The translations under genes and the position numbers were made by a program. Positions 55,578 to 64,000 of a DNA stretch of 64,000 nt are shown piece by piece (position 1 is the stretch's first letter; each line of letters opens with the position of its first letter). The stretch covers positions 128,001 to 192,000 of the forward strand of contig NZ_AUMD01000021.1 in assembly GCF_000430505.1 (NCBI RefSeq). The letters are read 5' to 3'. The notes beneath the pieces are model-generated. The model was given only the letters and a program-made list of their open reading frames with translations, did no database searches and was not told the DNA's origin. Origin of the DNA: Eisenibacter elegans DSM 3317 (lineage in GTDB: Bacteria; Bacteroidota; Bacteroidia; Cytophagales; Microscillaceae).

Positions 55578-57197
55578 ATGACGCAATTGTTTTTTTCCCA
55601 TCCTATTATCAAAGCTTGCTTTGTAGCTTTGATTTTTTCTTGTTTTATATTGCCTGTCAAGCCCTTGCAGGCCCAAATGGAGGCCGAAGCAGCAGTTACT
55701 TATCATACCCGCAAGCGCGAGATGCGGGGTGTTTGGATAACGACAGTATTCGGCAGTGATTTTCCCAAACACATTGGTACCAATAGCTATGCTCAAAAGG
55801 AACAGATGAGGCAACTCATTGATAGCTTGGCGGCAGCAGGAATCAACAGTGTGTTTTTTCAGGTGCGCCCTAGTGGTGATGCTTTCTACCAGACCCACCT
55901 TGCGCCTTGGTCCGAATGGCTGACGGGGGTGCAGGGACGCGCTCCCGAACCTTTTTATGACCCGCTGGCTCTTCTGATAGAGCACTGTCACCTCCACGGG
56001 ATAGAAGCCCACGCGTGGCTCAATCCTTATCGGGCCACACATAACATCGAAAAAACACAGCCCCACGACAGCCACTTACTCAAGTCGCGCCCAGATTGGA
56101 TTTTGACCTATGGTAAAAAGCGTATCCTTAATCCGGGGTTGCCACAAGTGCGCCAACACATTGTTGAGGTAGTAAAAGACTTAATTATCCGCTATGACCT
56201 TGACGGGATTCACTTCGATGATTATTTCTACCCTTATCCCGAAAAAGATCTTTCTATCAACGACCTCAACACGTATGTTCAATACAATGAGCGGCAACTG
56301 GCCTTGGACGATTGGCGACGCGACAATGTTGACAAGCTGATTCGTGATGTTTCGGAAACGATTCAAAAATACAAACCCTTGGTCAAATTTGGTGTCAGCC
56401 CTCCGGGCGTATGGCGCAACCAACAAGACGACCCTCGCGGCTCTGCGACCCGCGCCGGTATTCCGGCCTATGATGCGATATTTGCCAATAGCTTGCGTTG
56501 GCTCGAAGAAGGGTGGATTGACTACATTGCTCCGCAACTGTATTGGCACATAGGCCATCCGACGGCTGATTTTCAGACCTTGATTGACTGGTGGGCGGCG
56601 CAAAAAAATTCAGGGAGACACATCTACATCGGCCACGCCCTCTACAAAGGGGTAGAAAACAGTTGGAATAATCGTCGTGAGATTATCCATCAGATAGAGG
56701 CCATACGCAAGCTCCCCAATATTCAGGGAAGCATCCATTTTCGTGCGGCACATCTTTTTGCGGCCAACTCCGAGTACCCAATACAAGTAAGGCAGGCATA
56801 CCAAAGCCCCATTTTGTTACCCAATATGCCTTGGAAAGACAGCATTCCGCCGCTTAGCCCGCGCCGCCTAATGGTAGCACAAGATACCAGCGGGGTCTTG
56901 TTGCGTTGGGTAGAGCCATATCCGGCAGCTGATCAAGACGAGGCGCAGGCCTATGTCATCTACCGCTGTCTTAGCAGTGAAGTACTCCAGATAGAAAACC
57001 CTCGGCACATCCTTTCGGTCAAGCACCGAACAACAGATTTTTTTGACCAAACCGGAACGGTAGGGGCTTCGTATGTTTATGGAGTATCGGCATTGGATAA
57101 AATGCACAACGAAAGCAGCGTTACCAAGGTACGGGTAAGCCGCTATGGCGACCGCAGCGAAGACACCTCTCTCATTATCTACCTGAGGCTTCCCTAG
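55578..57197 (+). CDS. family 10-like glycosyl hydrolase (GHL10/DUF187, YngK-like)
   Basis: Signal peptide. RGVWITTV...SVFFQVRPSGDAFY...HAWLNPYRA...GIHFDDYFYPYP are the conserved blocks of this family. Confidence 0.7.
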   Translation: MTQLFFSHPIIKACFVALIFSCFILPVKPLQAQMEAEAAVTYHTRKREMRGVWITTVFGSDFPKHIGTNSYAQKEQMRQLIDSLAAAGINSVFFQVRPSGDAFYQTHLAPWSEWLTGVQGRAPEPFYDPLALLIEHCHLHGIEAHAWLNPYRATHNIEKTQPHDSHLLKSRPDWILTYGKKRILNPGLPQVRQHIVEVVKDLIIRYDLDGIHFDDYFYPYPEKDLSINDLNTYVQYNERQLALDDWRRDNVDKLIRDVSETIQKYKPLVKFGVSPPGVWRNQQDDPRGSATRAGIPAYDAIFANSLRWLEEGWIDYIAPQLYWHIGHPTADFQTLIDWWAAQKNSGRHIYIGHALYKGVENSWNNRREIIHQIEAIRKLPNIQGSIHFRAAHLFAANSEYPIQVRQAYQSPILLPNMPWKDSIPPLSPRRLMVAQDTSGVLLRWVEPYPAADQDEAQAYVIYRCLSSEVLQIENPRHILSVKHRTTDFFDQTGTVGASYVYGVSALDKMHNESSVTKVRVSRYGDRSEDTSLIIYLRLP

Positions 57198-57245
57198 CCT
57201 GTGGGGTGGTATTCAAAAAACTACCCCATTATCTGTGAATAGTCC

Positions 57246-57656
57246 CTAAAGGCTCAGCCCTGTGAGGTTTTCTTTACTTAAAGGCTTGTTGATAAATTCT
57301 TTGACATACGAATACTTCTTGGAGCGTTTGATGTCTTTCGAATTGATAGAAGATGTCAGCATCACAATTTTGCTAAAGTTTTGAATGCGCGAGGGGAGCT
57401 TTTCGAACTCATCCAAAAACTGAAACCCGTCCATCAGCGGCATATCAATATCCAAGAAAATAATTTCTGGCAAACCATTCTCAGCCCCCACTACTTCCAC
57501 GAGTTTGTCAGCGTTTTTGAGAAACTCTATGGCGCTCTTCCCGCCGGTGTGCACAAAAATATGATTACAGATACTGGCAGACTCGATGATGCGTTGGTTG
57601 ATGAGGTTGTCAATTTCGTTGTCGTCGATGAGCATTACGATGTTGTACTTTGCCAT
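57246..57656 (-). CDS. orphan response regulator (receiver domain only)
   Basis: IVMLIDDNEIDN...IIFLDIDMPLMDGFQFL...IVMLTSS carries the phospho-acceptor Asp and the Thr/Lys positions. Confidence 0.75.
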   Translation of the reverse strand: MAKYNIVMLIDDNEIDNLINQRIIESASICNHIFVHTGGKSAIEFLKNADKLVEVVGAENGLPEIIFLDIDMPLMDGFQFLDEFEKLPSRIQNFSKIVMLTSSINSKDIKRSKKYSYVKEFINKPLSKENLTGLSL

Positions 57657-57872
57657 AAGAGGTAGTGCTATTTAGGAGTTCGAGATAATGAGGGTTTTTA
57701 GAGCCTCTGGGGAGGTATCAATTGCAAGATACATATTTCTTTACAATGACCTTAAAAGTCTGTAAGAAAATTACGTATTGATAAGTCTGTTTTTGTGTTA
57801 AGTTGTGAAACAGGCGCTTCCCTAGCTTTTGGGCTGGGGAGGCGCTTGAGTGATGGAGGTTTGTGATACGGT

Positions 57873-59453
57873 TTAGATATCAAATTTGATGCCTTGAGCC
57901 AAGGGCAAGCTTGCTCCATAATTGATGGTATTGGTTTGGCGGCGCATATATGCCTTCCAGGCATCGGAGCCAGACTCGCGGCCTCCACCGGTTTCTTTTT
58001 CGCCACCAAAAGCGCCACCTATTTCGGCTCCCGACGTACCGATATTGACATTGGCAATTCCACAATCAGAGCCATTGGCCGACAAGAAGCGTTCGGTTTC
58101 GAGTAAGTGATTGGAGAAAACAGCTGAGGAGAGCCCTTGGCGTACACTGTTTTGGATGGCAATAGCCTCCTCTATTGCACCTTGATACGAAATCAGGTAC
58201 AAAATGGGTGCAAAAGTTTCGGTTTGAACCATTTCATATTCATTTTTGGCTTCGACCAAGGCAGGGCTTACATAGTATCCTTGCTCGTAAGGGCTGTGGT
58301 TGAGCGCTTCTCCGCCACACAATAGCCGTCCTCCTTCGGCTTGTACCTTGTTGAGGGCTTGTTGGAATTGCTCTACGGCAGCGGCATCAATCAGTGGGCC
58401 TACCAATACACCTTCGGCCAAGGGGCTGCCGATACTGAGTGTTGGGTATATTTGTAGGAGGCGGTTTTTGACTTGTTCGTAGACCTGCTCGTGAACAATA
58501 AGGCGGCGGGTAGTGGTACAGCGTTGCCCGCAGGTACCTACAGCGCCAAAAATAGTTGCGCGAATGGCCATTTCGAGATTGGCTTCGGGCGTGATGATGA
58601 TGGCATTGTTGCCACCCAGCTCTAAGATAGTTTTGCCTAGGCGTGCGCCTACTGTTTGGGCTACTTGCTTGCCCATTCGGGTAGAGCCGGTAGCCGAAAT
58701 AAGGGGGACACGTTCGTCTTCGGTCATCCAAGTGCCGGCAGCCGCTTCTCCCTGCAAAAGGCAGAAAATGCCTTCAGGCAGCTGGTTTTCGGCCAAAACT
58801 TCGGCAATAATCCGCTGGCAGGCAATGGCACACAGTGGGGTTTTTTCGGAGGGTTTCCATATACATACATCTCCACAGACGGCGGCTATCATCGCGTTCC
58901 AAGACCATACGGCCACTGGGAAGTTGAAAGCCGAAATAATACCCACAATCCCTAGGGGGTGGTATTGCTCAAACATCCGGTGCTCGGGGCGCTCGGAGTG
59001 GGTAGTCATCCCATAGAGTTGGCGCGAGAGTCCGACGGCAAAATCACAGATATCAATCATCTCCTGTACTTCTCCTAAACCCTCTTGATAGAGCTTGCCC
59101 ATCTCGATAGAGACCAAGCGCCCCAATGGTTCTTTGTATTGTCGTAGGCGCTCACCAATCTGCCGTACAATTTCCCCGCGCTTAGGGGCAGGAACATTGC
59201 GCCATACCTTGAAAGCCGCTTCTGCCTTTTCTATCAAGGCATCATACTCTGCACGGGTGGCATATTGTACTTCGGCCAGTGCTTGACCATTGATAGGCGA
59301 GTAGCTGGTGAAGGCGCTGTGTTCGTCGCTCAGCACCCCCCATTCTTGGCCAGAGCTAGAGGCCGGATTGCGGGGCTTAATGCCTAAGGTTGTGAGGGTT
59401 TCCTGTAATTGTAGTATTTGCATCATAGGAGTTATGAATGGCTGTGCGAACAA
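57873..59453 (-). CDS. aldehyde dehydrogenase family protein (ALDH7/antiquitin-like, semialdehyde dehydrogenase type)
   Basis: Catalytic ELGGNNAII (Glu) and GQRCTTTRR (Cys) are present. The FNFPVAVWSWN and IWKPSEKTPL blocks resemble ALDH7. Confidence 0.8.
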   Translation of the reverse strand: MFAQPFITPMMQILQLQETLTTLGIKPRNPASSSGQEWGVLSDEHSAFTSYSPINGQALAEVQYATRAEYDALIEKAEAAFKVWRNVPAPKRGEIVRQIGERLRQYKEPLGRLVSIEMGKLYQEGLGEVQEMIDICDFAVGLSRQLYGMTTHSERPEHRMFEQYHPLGIVGIISAFNFPVAVWSWNAMIAAVCGDVCIWKPSEKTPLCAIACQRIIAEVLAENQLPEGIFCLLQGEAAAGTWMTEDERVPLISATGSTRMGKQVAQTVGARLGKTILELGGNNAIIITPEANLEMAIRATIFGAVGTCGQRCTTTRRLIVHEQVYEQVKNRLLQIYPTLSIGSPLAEGVLVGPLIDAAAVEQFQQALNKVQAEGGRLLCGGEALNHSPYEQGYYVSPALVEAKNEYEMVQTETFAPILYLISYQGAIEEAIAIQNSVRQGLSSAVFSNHLLETERFLSANGSDCGIANVNIGTSGAEIGGAFGGEKETGGGRESGSDAWKAYMRRQTNTINYGASLPLAQGIKFDI

Positions 59454-59652
59454 AAATCGCAGGTGTAGTATTGATTTGATGGGTAAATGTACTAAAAAAT
59501 CACATAGCTTGGGGGCTTCCTCACAAATGAATCACCTTGGGGGAATCCCTCAGAATAGAGTACGAACGCGTCAAAGTTTGTATATTTGCACTCGTTTGGT
59601 TGGCGCTCTGTGGCGCTGCTTAATATTCTCATCATCATCTCACATTTCAACT

Positions 59653-60753
59653 ATGGGGCTTCAATGCGGAATTGTAGGTCTGCCCAACGTGGGTAAGTCG
59701 ACCTTGTTCAATGCTTTATCTTCTTCGGCCAAGGCCGAATCGGCCAACTATCCTTTCTGTACCATCGAGCCTAATGTAGGCAAAGTAACCGTGCCCGACG
59801 AGCGTATCGACCAACTGGCTGAGTTGGTACAGCCTGAGCGCATTCTGCCTACCGTCATTGAGTTTGTAGACATTGCCGGGTTGGTCAAAGGGGCAAGCCA
59901 GGGCGAGGGCTTGGGCAACAAGTTCTTGGGTAATATCCGCGAGGTAGATGCCATCATCCACGTGGTACGCTGCTTTCAGGACCCCAACATCGTTCACGTC
60001 GCCGGCAAGGTAGACCCTGTGGCCGACAAAGAAATCATCGATACAGAGCTACAGCTCAAAGACCTCGAAAGCATCGACAAGCGCATTGCGAAGGTAGAAC
60101 GTACGGCCAAGGCGGGTGATGCTGCCGCCAAAAAAGAATATGAGTTGCTCTCAAGGTTTAAAAGTACTTTAGAATCGGGCCAAAACGCCCGACTAGTAAG
60201 CTACAGCGCCGATGAAGCTGCCTATATCGATAGCCTACAGCTATTGACGATTAAACCTGTCATTTATGTGGCCAATGTAGAAGAAAGCGCTATCCACAAC
60301 GGCAACGAATACGTAGAGGCGCTCCGCCAAGCTGTAGCCGATGAGGGGGCAGAGGTAATCATTGTTTCGGCAGCTATAGAAGCTGAAATAGCCGAGCTGA
60401 CTGAGCCCGAAGAGAAGGCGGTGTTCTTGGCTGAATATGGCCTGAAAGAGTCGGGGCTAAGCCGCCTCATCAAAACCTCATACCGCTTGTTGAATTTGAT
60501 TACATACTTCACCGCCGGCAAGAAGGAAGTACGTGCTTGGACTATCCGCCAAGGCTGGAAGGCTCCCCAAGCCGCAGGGGTGATTCACTCAGATTTTGAG
60601 CGGGGATTCATCCGCGCCGAAGTTATCAAAATACCTGACTATATGCAGTACAGAAGCGAAGCTGCCTGCCGCGATGCTGGAAAAATTGCTGTAGAAGGAA
60701 AAGAATATATTGTAGAAGATGGGGATGTGATGCACTTCCGCTTCAATGTATAG
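59653..60753 (+). CDS. ychF: redox-regulated ribosome-associated ATPase YchF
   Basis: Start at the internal ATG 59653 (MGLQCGIVGLPNVGKSTLFNALS). The track ORF's upstream extension overlaps the ALDH gene on the other strand. TGS domain at the C-terminus. Confidence 0.9.
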   Translation: MGLQCGIVGLPNVGKSTLFNALSSSAKAESANYPFCTIEPNVGKVTVPDERIDQLAELVQPERILPTVIEFVDIAGLVKGASQGEGLGNKFLGNIREVDAIIHVVRCFQDPNIVHVAGKVDPVADKEIIDTELQLKDLESIDKRIAKVERTAKAGDAAAKKEYELLSRFKSTLESGQNARLVSYSADEAAYIDSLQLLTIKPVIYVANVEESAIHNGNEYVEALRQAVADEGAEVIIVSAAIEAEIAELTEPEEKAVFLAEYGLKESGLSRLIKTSYRLLNLITYFTAGKKEVRAWTIRQGWKAPQAAGVIHSDFERGFIRAEVIKIPDYMQYRSEAACRDAGKIAVEGKEYIVEDGDVMHFRFNV

Positions 60754-61032
60754 CAGATAGCCTGTTCCTGTATAGAGGCGTAAGCGGCTTAGGGATAGGC
60801 GAGCAGTACCCCACAGCACGAAGTGCGAGGAGTACAGCCGCCTAGCCCGACCCGAAGGGGAAGCCCCAGTTATTTGTAGTGGTTCAAAAGCTCGTAGAAA
60901 ATGGTGTTTTTCAAAGATTTGATGTTTTGTTTTTGCCAAATATCCTACTTAGTCGATAGAATATTAATAGTATTCTTGCAAAAGCCTTTAGAATTACAGA
61001 AATTGCAGCGTCTTTAAAAGTCTACCAAGATT

Positions 61033-62283
61033 ATGGATATACTCAGATTTTTTACAGCCGGCAGCGTAGATGACGGCAAAAGCACCCTTATCGGTCGATT
61101 GCTCTATGACAGCCGTGCTATTCCGCTAGACTTGCTCGAAGCCATTGAGCGAGCCAGCAAAAACAAGAACGACGGCGAGATAGACCTTGCCCTCTTGACG
61201 GATGGCTTGCGTGATGAGCGCGCTCAAGGCATTACTATTGATGTGGCCTACAAGTATTTCCAAACCGAGCGGCGCAAGTTCATTATTGCCGATACTCCCG
61301 GGCACGTACAGTATACCCGCAATATGGTTACGGGAGCCTCTAATTGCCAGCTGGCTGTCATCTTAGTGGATGCTCGCGAAGGAGTAACCGAGCAAACCAA
61401 GCGCCATACCTATCTCTGTCATCTGTTGGGGATTAAGCATATGGTCATTGCCATCAACAAAATGGACTTGGTAGACTATGCCGAGAGCCGTTTTGAGGAA
61501 ATTATAGCCGACTACGAGGCTTTTGCTGCGCCGTTGGCCATCGCCAATCTGGCCTTTATACCCGTGTCGGCGCTCAAAGGCGACAACATCGTCCATCCGT
61601 CTGCTCGGATGCCTTGGTACAAGGGCTTGGCCTTATTGCCCTTCCTCGAAGAGGTGTCTATTGTAGAAGTGCTCTCTACTCAGCCCCGTTTTCAGGTGCA
61701 ATATGTTATCCGTCCTCAAACCGATGCGCTACACGATTATCGTGGCTATGCCGGGCGCATCAATAGCGGTACTTACAAAGCAGGGCAGGAGGTAGTGATA
61801 TTGCCCTCGGGCTTACGCACAACATTGGCCGCCATAGAATTTGACGGCCAACAACTGCCCGAAGCAAGCGCGCCTATGTCTGTGGTATTACACTTGGCCG
61901 AAGATGTCGATGTAAGCCGTGGCGATATGATTGTGCCTGCTACAGAGGCTCCCACACTCAGCCGTGAGTTGAGGGCCTCTCTCTGCTGGATGGAAAACCA
62001 GCCGCTCAATCTTTCCAAAAAATACTTACTCCAACACAACAGCCGCCTCATTCGATGTGCTGTGAAGGAAGTAAGCCAAAAAACGGATATACACACCCTA
62101 GAGGCTGTTTTGGGAGACAATACACTGTTACTCAATGATATTGGGCAGGTTGTTATCCGCTTGGCTGCGCCTATAGCTGCCGATACCTATAGCCAAAATC
62201 GCGAAAATGGTGCTTTTATCCTGATTGATGAGCAACACAATAATACTGTTGCCGCCGGAATGATTACGGCTGTCGAAATATAG
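61033..62283 (+). CDS. cysN: sulfate adenylyltransferase subunit 1 (CysN-type GTPase)
   Basis: G1 GSVDDGKST, G3 DTPGH, G4 NKMD. 416 aa with no APS-kinase extension. No cysD is adjacent. Confidence 0.75.
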   Translation: MDILRFFTAGSVDDGKSTLIGRLLYDSRAIPLDLLEAIERASKNKNDGEIDLALLTDGLRDERAQGITIDVAYKYFQTERRKFIIADTPGHVQYTRNMVTGASNCQLAVILVDAREGVTEQTKRHTYLCHLLGIKHMVIAINKMDLVDYAESRFEEIIADYEAFAAPLAIANLAFIPVSALKGDNIVHPSARMPWYKGLALLPFLEEVSIVEVLSTQPRFQVQYVIRPQTDALHDYRGYAGRINSGTYKAGQEVVILPSGLRTTLAAIEFDGQQLPEASAPMSVVLHLAEDVDVSRGDMIVPATEAPTLSRELRASLCWMENQPLNLSKKYLLQHNSRLIRCAVKEVSQKTDIHTLEAVLGDNTLLLNDIGQVVIRLAAPIAADTYSQNRENGAFILIDEQHNNTVAAGMITAVEI

Positions 62284-62315
62284 GCTGTTGCACACGCTAC
62301 TGAATATTTTTCAAA

Positions 62316-62415
62316 TCCCGCAGTTTTAACTGTGGGCGAGGCCTCATTTTGCCCCCAAAATGAGGCCTTAGTTTGTCTCTGAGGTGCTTTTCCAAAAATG
62401 TCCATTGGTGCGGCT
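62316..62415. repeat. copy B of the ~100-bp intergenic repeat (see 16742-16860)
   Basis: Same ordered blocks as copy A. Contains a 9-bp G-U-tolerant hairpin CCCGCAGTT/AACTGTGGG and the terminator hairpin below. Confidence 0.5.
62339..62368 (+). terminator. rho-independent terminator after cysN
   Basis: Perfect 13-bp stem AGGCCTCATTTTG / CAAAATGAGGCCT with loop CCCC, followed by TAGTTTGTCTCT. Confidence 0.55.
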
Positions 62416-62636
62416 GTTGCATTACCTCGGTGTAAATCTTTAGCTCTTCTGTTATTTTGGCGCTCAAGTCCTCAAAAACCTTCTTAGTGATAGGTTTGCA
62501 AACCTATTGCCAAGGGTTTATGCCAAATGTACGGAAGAAGCAGATGTTTTGGTAGAAGAGTGTTGGATTTGTATTGTATTTTTTAGTTATTGTAGGATTA
62601 TTTACACATCGAGCCCTTCTCTAAATACGAACACTG

Positions 62637-63056
62637 ATGATTACTTATTCAGACAATGATTTGATGCGCATCGAATATGATGCAACCCTCAAGGCTGTGG
62701 TGTATGCTTGGAAAAAAGGCAACCACGGGATGACCGAAGAACAATACAAAACAGAAATGCGCCGCGCTCTGGCCGCAGTACAGGAGTACAAAGCGCTGAC
62801 GGTCATCGCCTATATGGTCGATTCTGAGTTTACGGTCAAGCCCCAACTACAGGACTGGCTCAATACCGAAGTAATGTACCAACTATTCCCCTATGGCTGT
62901 CGCTATGTGATAGTGGTCTTGAGCCAAGATTTTATTGCCCGTCTTTCGATAGAACAAGTATTTGAAGAAAAAACCGAAAACCGTGTTGGCAATATGTTTG
63001 TAGGAAGTATGGAAGCCGCCCGTGTAGAAGCTGCAAAGTTTCTGCAAGCAGCTTAA
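62637..63056 (+). CDS. hypothetical ~140-aa protein, tandem paralog 1 (putative STAS/SpoIIAA-like fold)
   Basis: MITYSDNDLMRIEYDATLKAVVYAWKKGNHGMTEEQYK...LTVIAYMVDSEFTV...LQDWLN...RYVIVVLSQDFIARLSIEQVF. The two downstream neighbours are 50-65% similar. Confidence 0.6.
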   Translation: MITYSDNDLMRIEYDATLKAVVYAWKKGNHGMTEEQYKTEMRRALAAVQEYKALTVIAYMVDSEFTVKPQLQDWLNTEVMYQLFPYGCRYVIVVLSQDFIARLSIEQVFEEKTENRVGNMFVGSMEAARVEAAKFLQAA

Positions 63057-63086
63057 AACACTACAAATCAACTCACTAGTGTGCTT

Positions 63087-63512
63087 ATGACGATTATAGA
63101 AGAAAGCCAGTATCTACAGATTGTGCATGACTCAAGTATCAAAGCCCTGATATACAGCCTAAAAAAAGGAAACTATGATATGTTTGATGAGGATTACAAA
63201 GCCGGTATTTTGCGTGTATTGGCAGCCTCTCAAGTCCATCGCCCGCTAACTGTCATCGCCAACTCTTATGAGTCGGAGTTTACTGTCAGCATAGAGTTGC
63301 AAGACTGGCTCAACAACGAAGTGGCTGTCAAAATTCCCCCTACAGGAGCGAAACATATGGTCATTGTGCCGAGCAAGGACTTTATTGTTCGCCTTTCGGT
63401 AGAGCAAGCCGTTGACGATTCGGCCAAACCTATTACCATCACGTTTGCTACTTCGCTAGAAGATGCCCGCCGGCAAGCTGCCGATAATCTACAAAAGCAC
63501 TTATTGCCCTAG
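63087..63512 (+). CDS. hypothetical ~140-aa protein, tandem paralog 2
   Basis: The track ORF starts at GTG 63081; the first ATG is 63087 (MTIIEESQYLQIVHD...). Same block structure (LTVIANSYESEFTV...LQDWLNNE...HMVIVPSKDFIVRLSVEQ). Confidence 0.6.
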   Translation: MTIIEESQYLQIVHDSSIKALIYSLKKGNYDMFDEDYKAGILRVLAASQVHRPLTVIANSYESEFTVSIELQDWLNNEVAVKIPPTGAKHMVIVPSKDFIVRLSVEQAVDDSAKPITITFATSLEDARRQAADNLQKHLLP

Positions 63513-63586
63513 AAACAACCGTGTTTTCTGGTGCCCTATATCATATAATCACGATTCTCTCACTACTATCCCCACTATTTCTGCTT

Positions 63587-64000
63587 ATGATTACCTATGC
63601 CGACACCGACTATATGCGTATTGAATTTGACAAAAGCCTCAACGCGATGATATACCGATGGAAATCAGGCAATCACGGGATGAGCGATGAGGAATACAAA
63701 ACCGAAATGCGCCGTTGTATAGAGTGCATCAAGACTTACCGACCTCTGACGGTGATTGCCTATATGGTCGATTCTAACTTCAGCATACACCCAGCGCTAC
63801 AAGACTGGCTCAATAAGGAAATCATTGCTTCGTTATTTCCCAATGGCTGTAGATATGCAATCTTGGTAGAGAGTGCCGATTTTATTGCCCGGCTCTCATT
63901 AGAGCAAGTCTTTGCCGACAAAACCGAGGAGCGCGTCGGCAGTGTATTTGTCAGTACTTTGGAGGAGGCGTATGGGTATGCGCAAAAATTTTTGGGCGAA
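63587..64000 (+). CDS. hypothetical protein, tandem paralog 3 (3' end beyond window)
   Basis: ATG at 63587; the open frame runs to the window edge (138 codons). MITYADTDYMRIEFDKSLNAMIYRWKSGNHGMSDEEYKTEMRR...YMVDSNFSI...LQDWLNKE... is about 70% identical to paralog 1. Confidence 0.6.
   Translation, partial: MITYADTDYMRIEFDKSLNAMIYRWKSGNHGMSDEEYKTEMRRCIECIKTYRPLTVIAYMVDSNFSIHPALQDWLNKEIIASLFPNGCRYAILVESADFIARLSLEQVFADKTEERVGSVFVSTLEEAYGYAQKFLGE

Noticed and set aside
59308-59652. 115-codon 5' extension of the ychF ORF
   Set aside because: The Cys-rich extension has no similarity to YchF and overlaps the ALDH gene on the other strand. YchF's invariant N-terminus MGLQCGIVGLPNVGKST starts at 59653.

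Overview
The window looks like a Bacteroidetes-type chromosomal segment of about 50% GC, densely packed with housekeeping and cell-envelope genes on both strands. No rRNA, tRNA or CRISPR array was found.

Features I can support:
- A type IX secretion module: porU followed by porV. It sits directly downstream of an ECF sigma factor with a zinc-finger anti-sigma factor, and is followed by a zinc-ligand-less M16 homologue.
- A second ECF sigma / anti-sigma pair at the 5' edge of the window.
- LPS-core-type glycosyltransferases (two GT9, one GT2).
- fabI, ppk1, prmA, hemC, holB, yebC, rpmE2, ychF and an orphan cysN.
- Peptidases (an active M16, an S15 CocE/NonD) and GH5-like and GHL10 glycosidases.
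- A PP2C sensor phosphatase, an orphan response regulator, and an MsbA-like ABC exporter.

Observations worth a second look:
- A four-member paralogous family of about 140-residue proteins: one copy at 22.5 kb and a tandem triplication at 62.6-64.0 kb. I hypothesise a STAS/SpoIIAA-like fold with a conserved Asp-Ser/Thr.
- A three-gene block at 22.5-30.0 kb: a paralog of that family, an AIM24/DUF124 homologue interrupted by long acidic/proline-rich insertions, and a 1826-residue secreted protein of unknown function.
- A decayed restriction-modification gene relic bounded by a perfect 16-bp inverted repeat.
- A roughly 100-bp intergenic element present at two loci.
- A shared ATATTACACC palindrome motif upstream of porU and of the 22.5 kb paralog.

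All coordinates of non-coding features were counted by hand and may be off by 1-2 bp.
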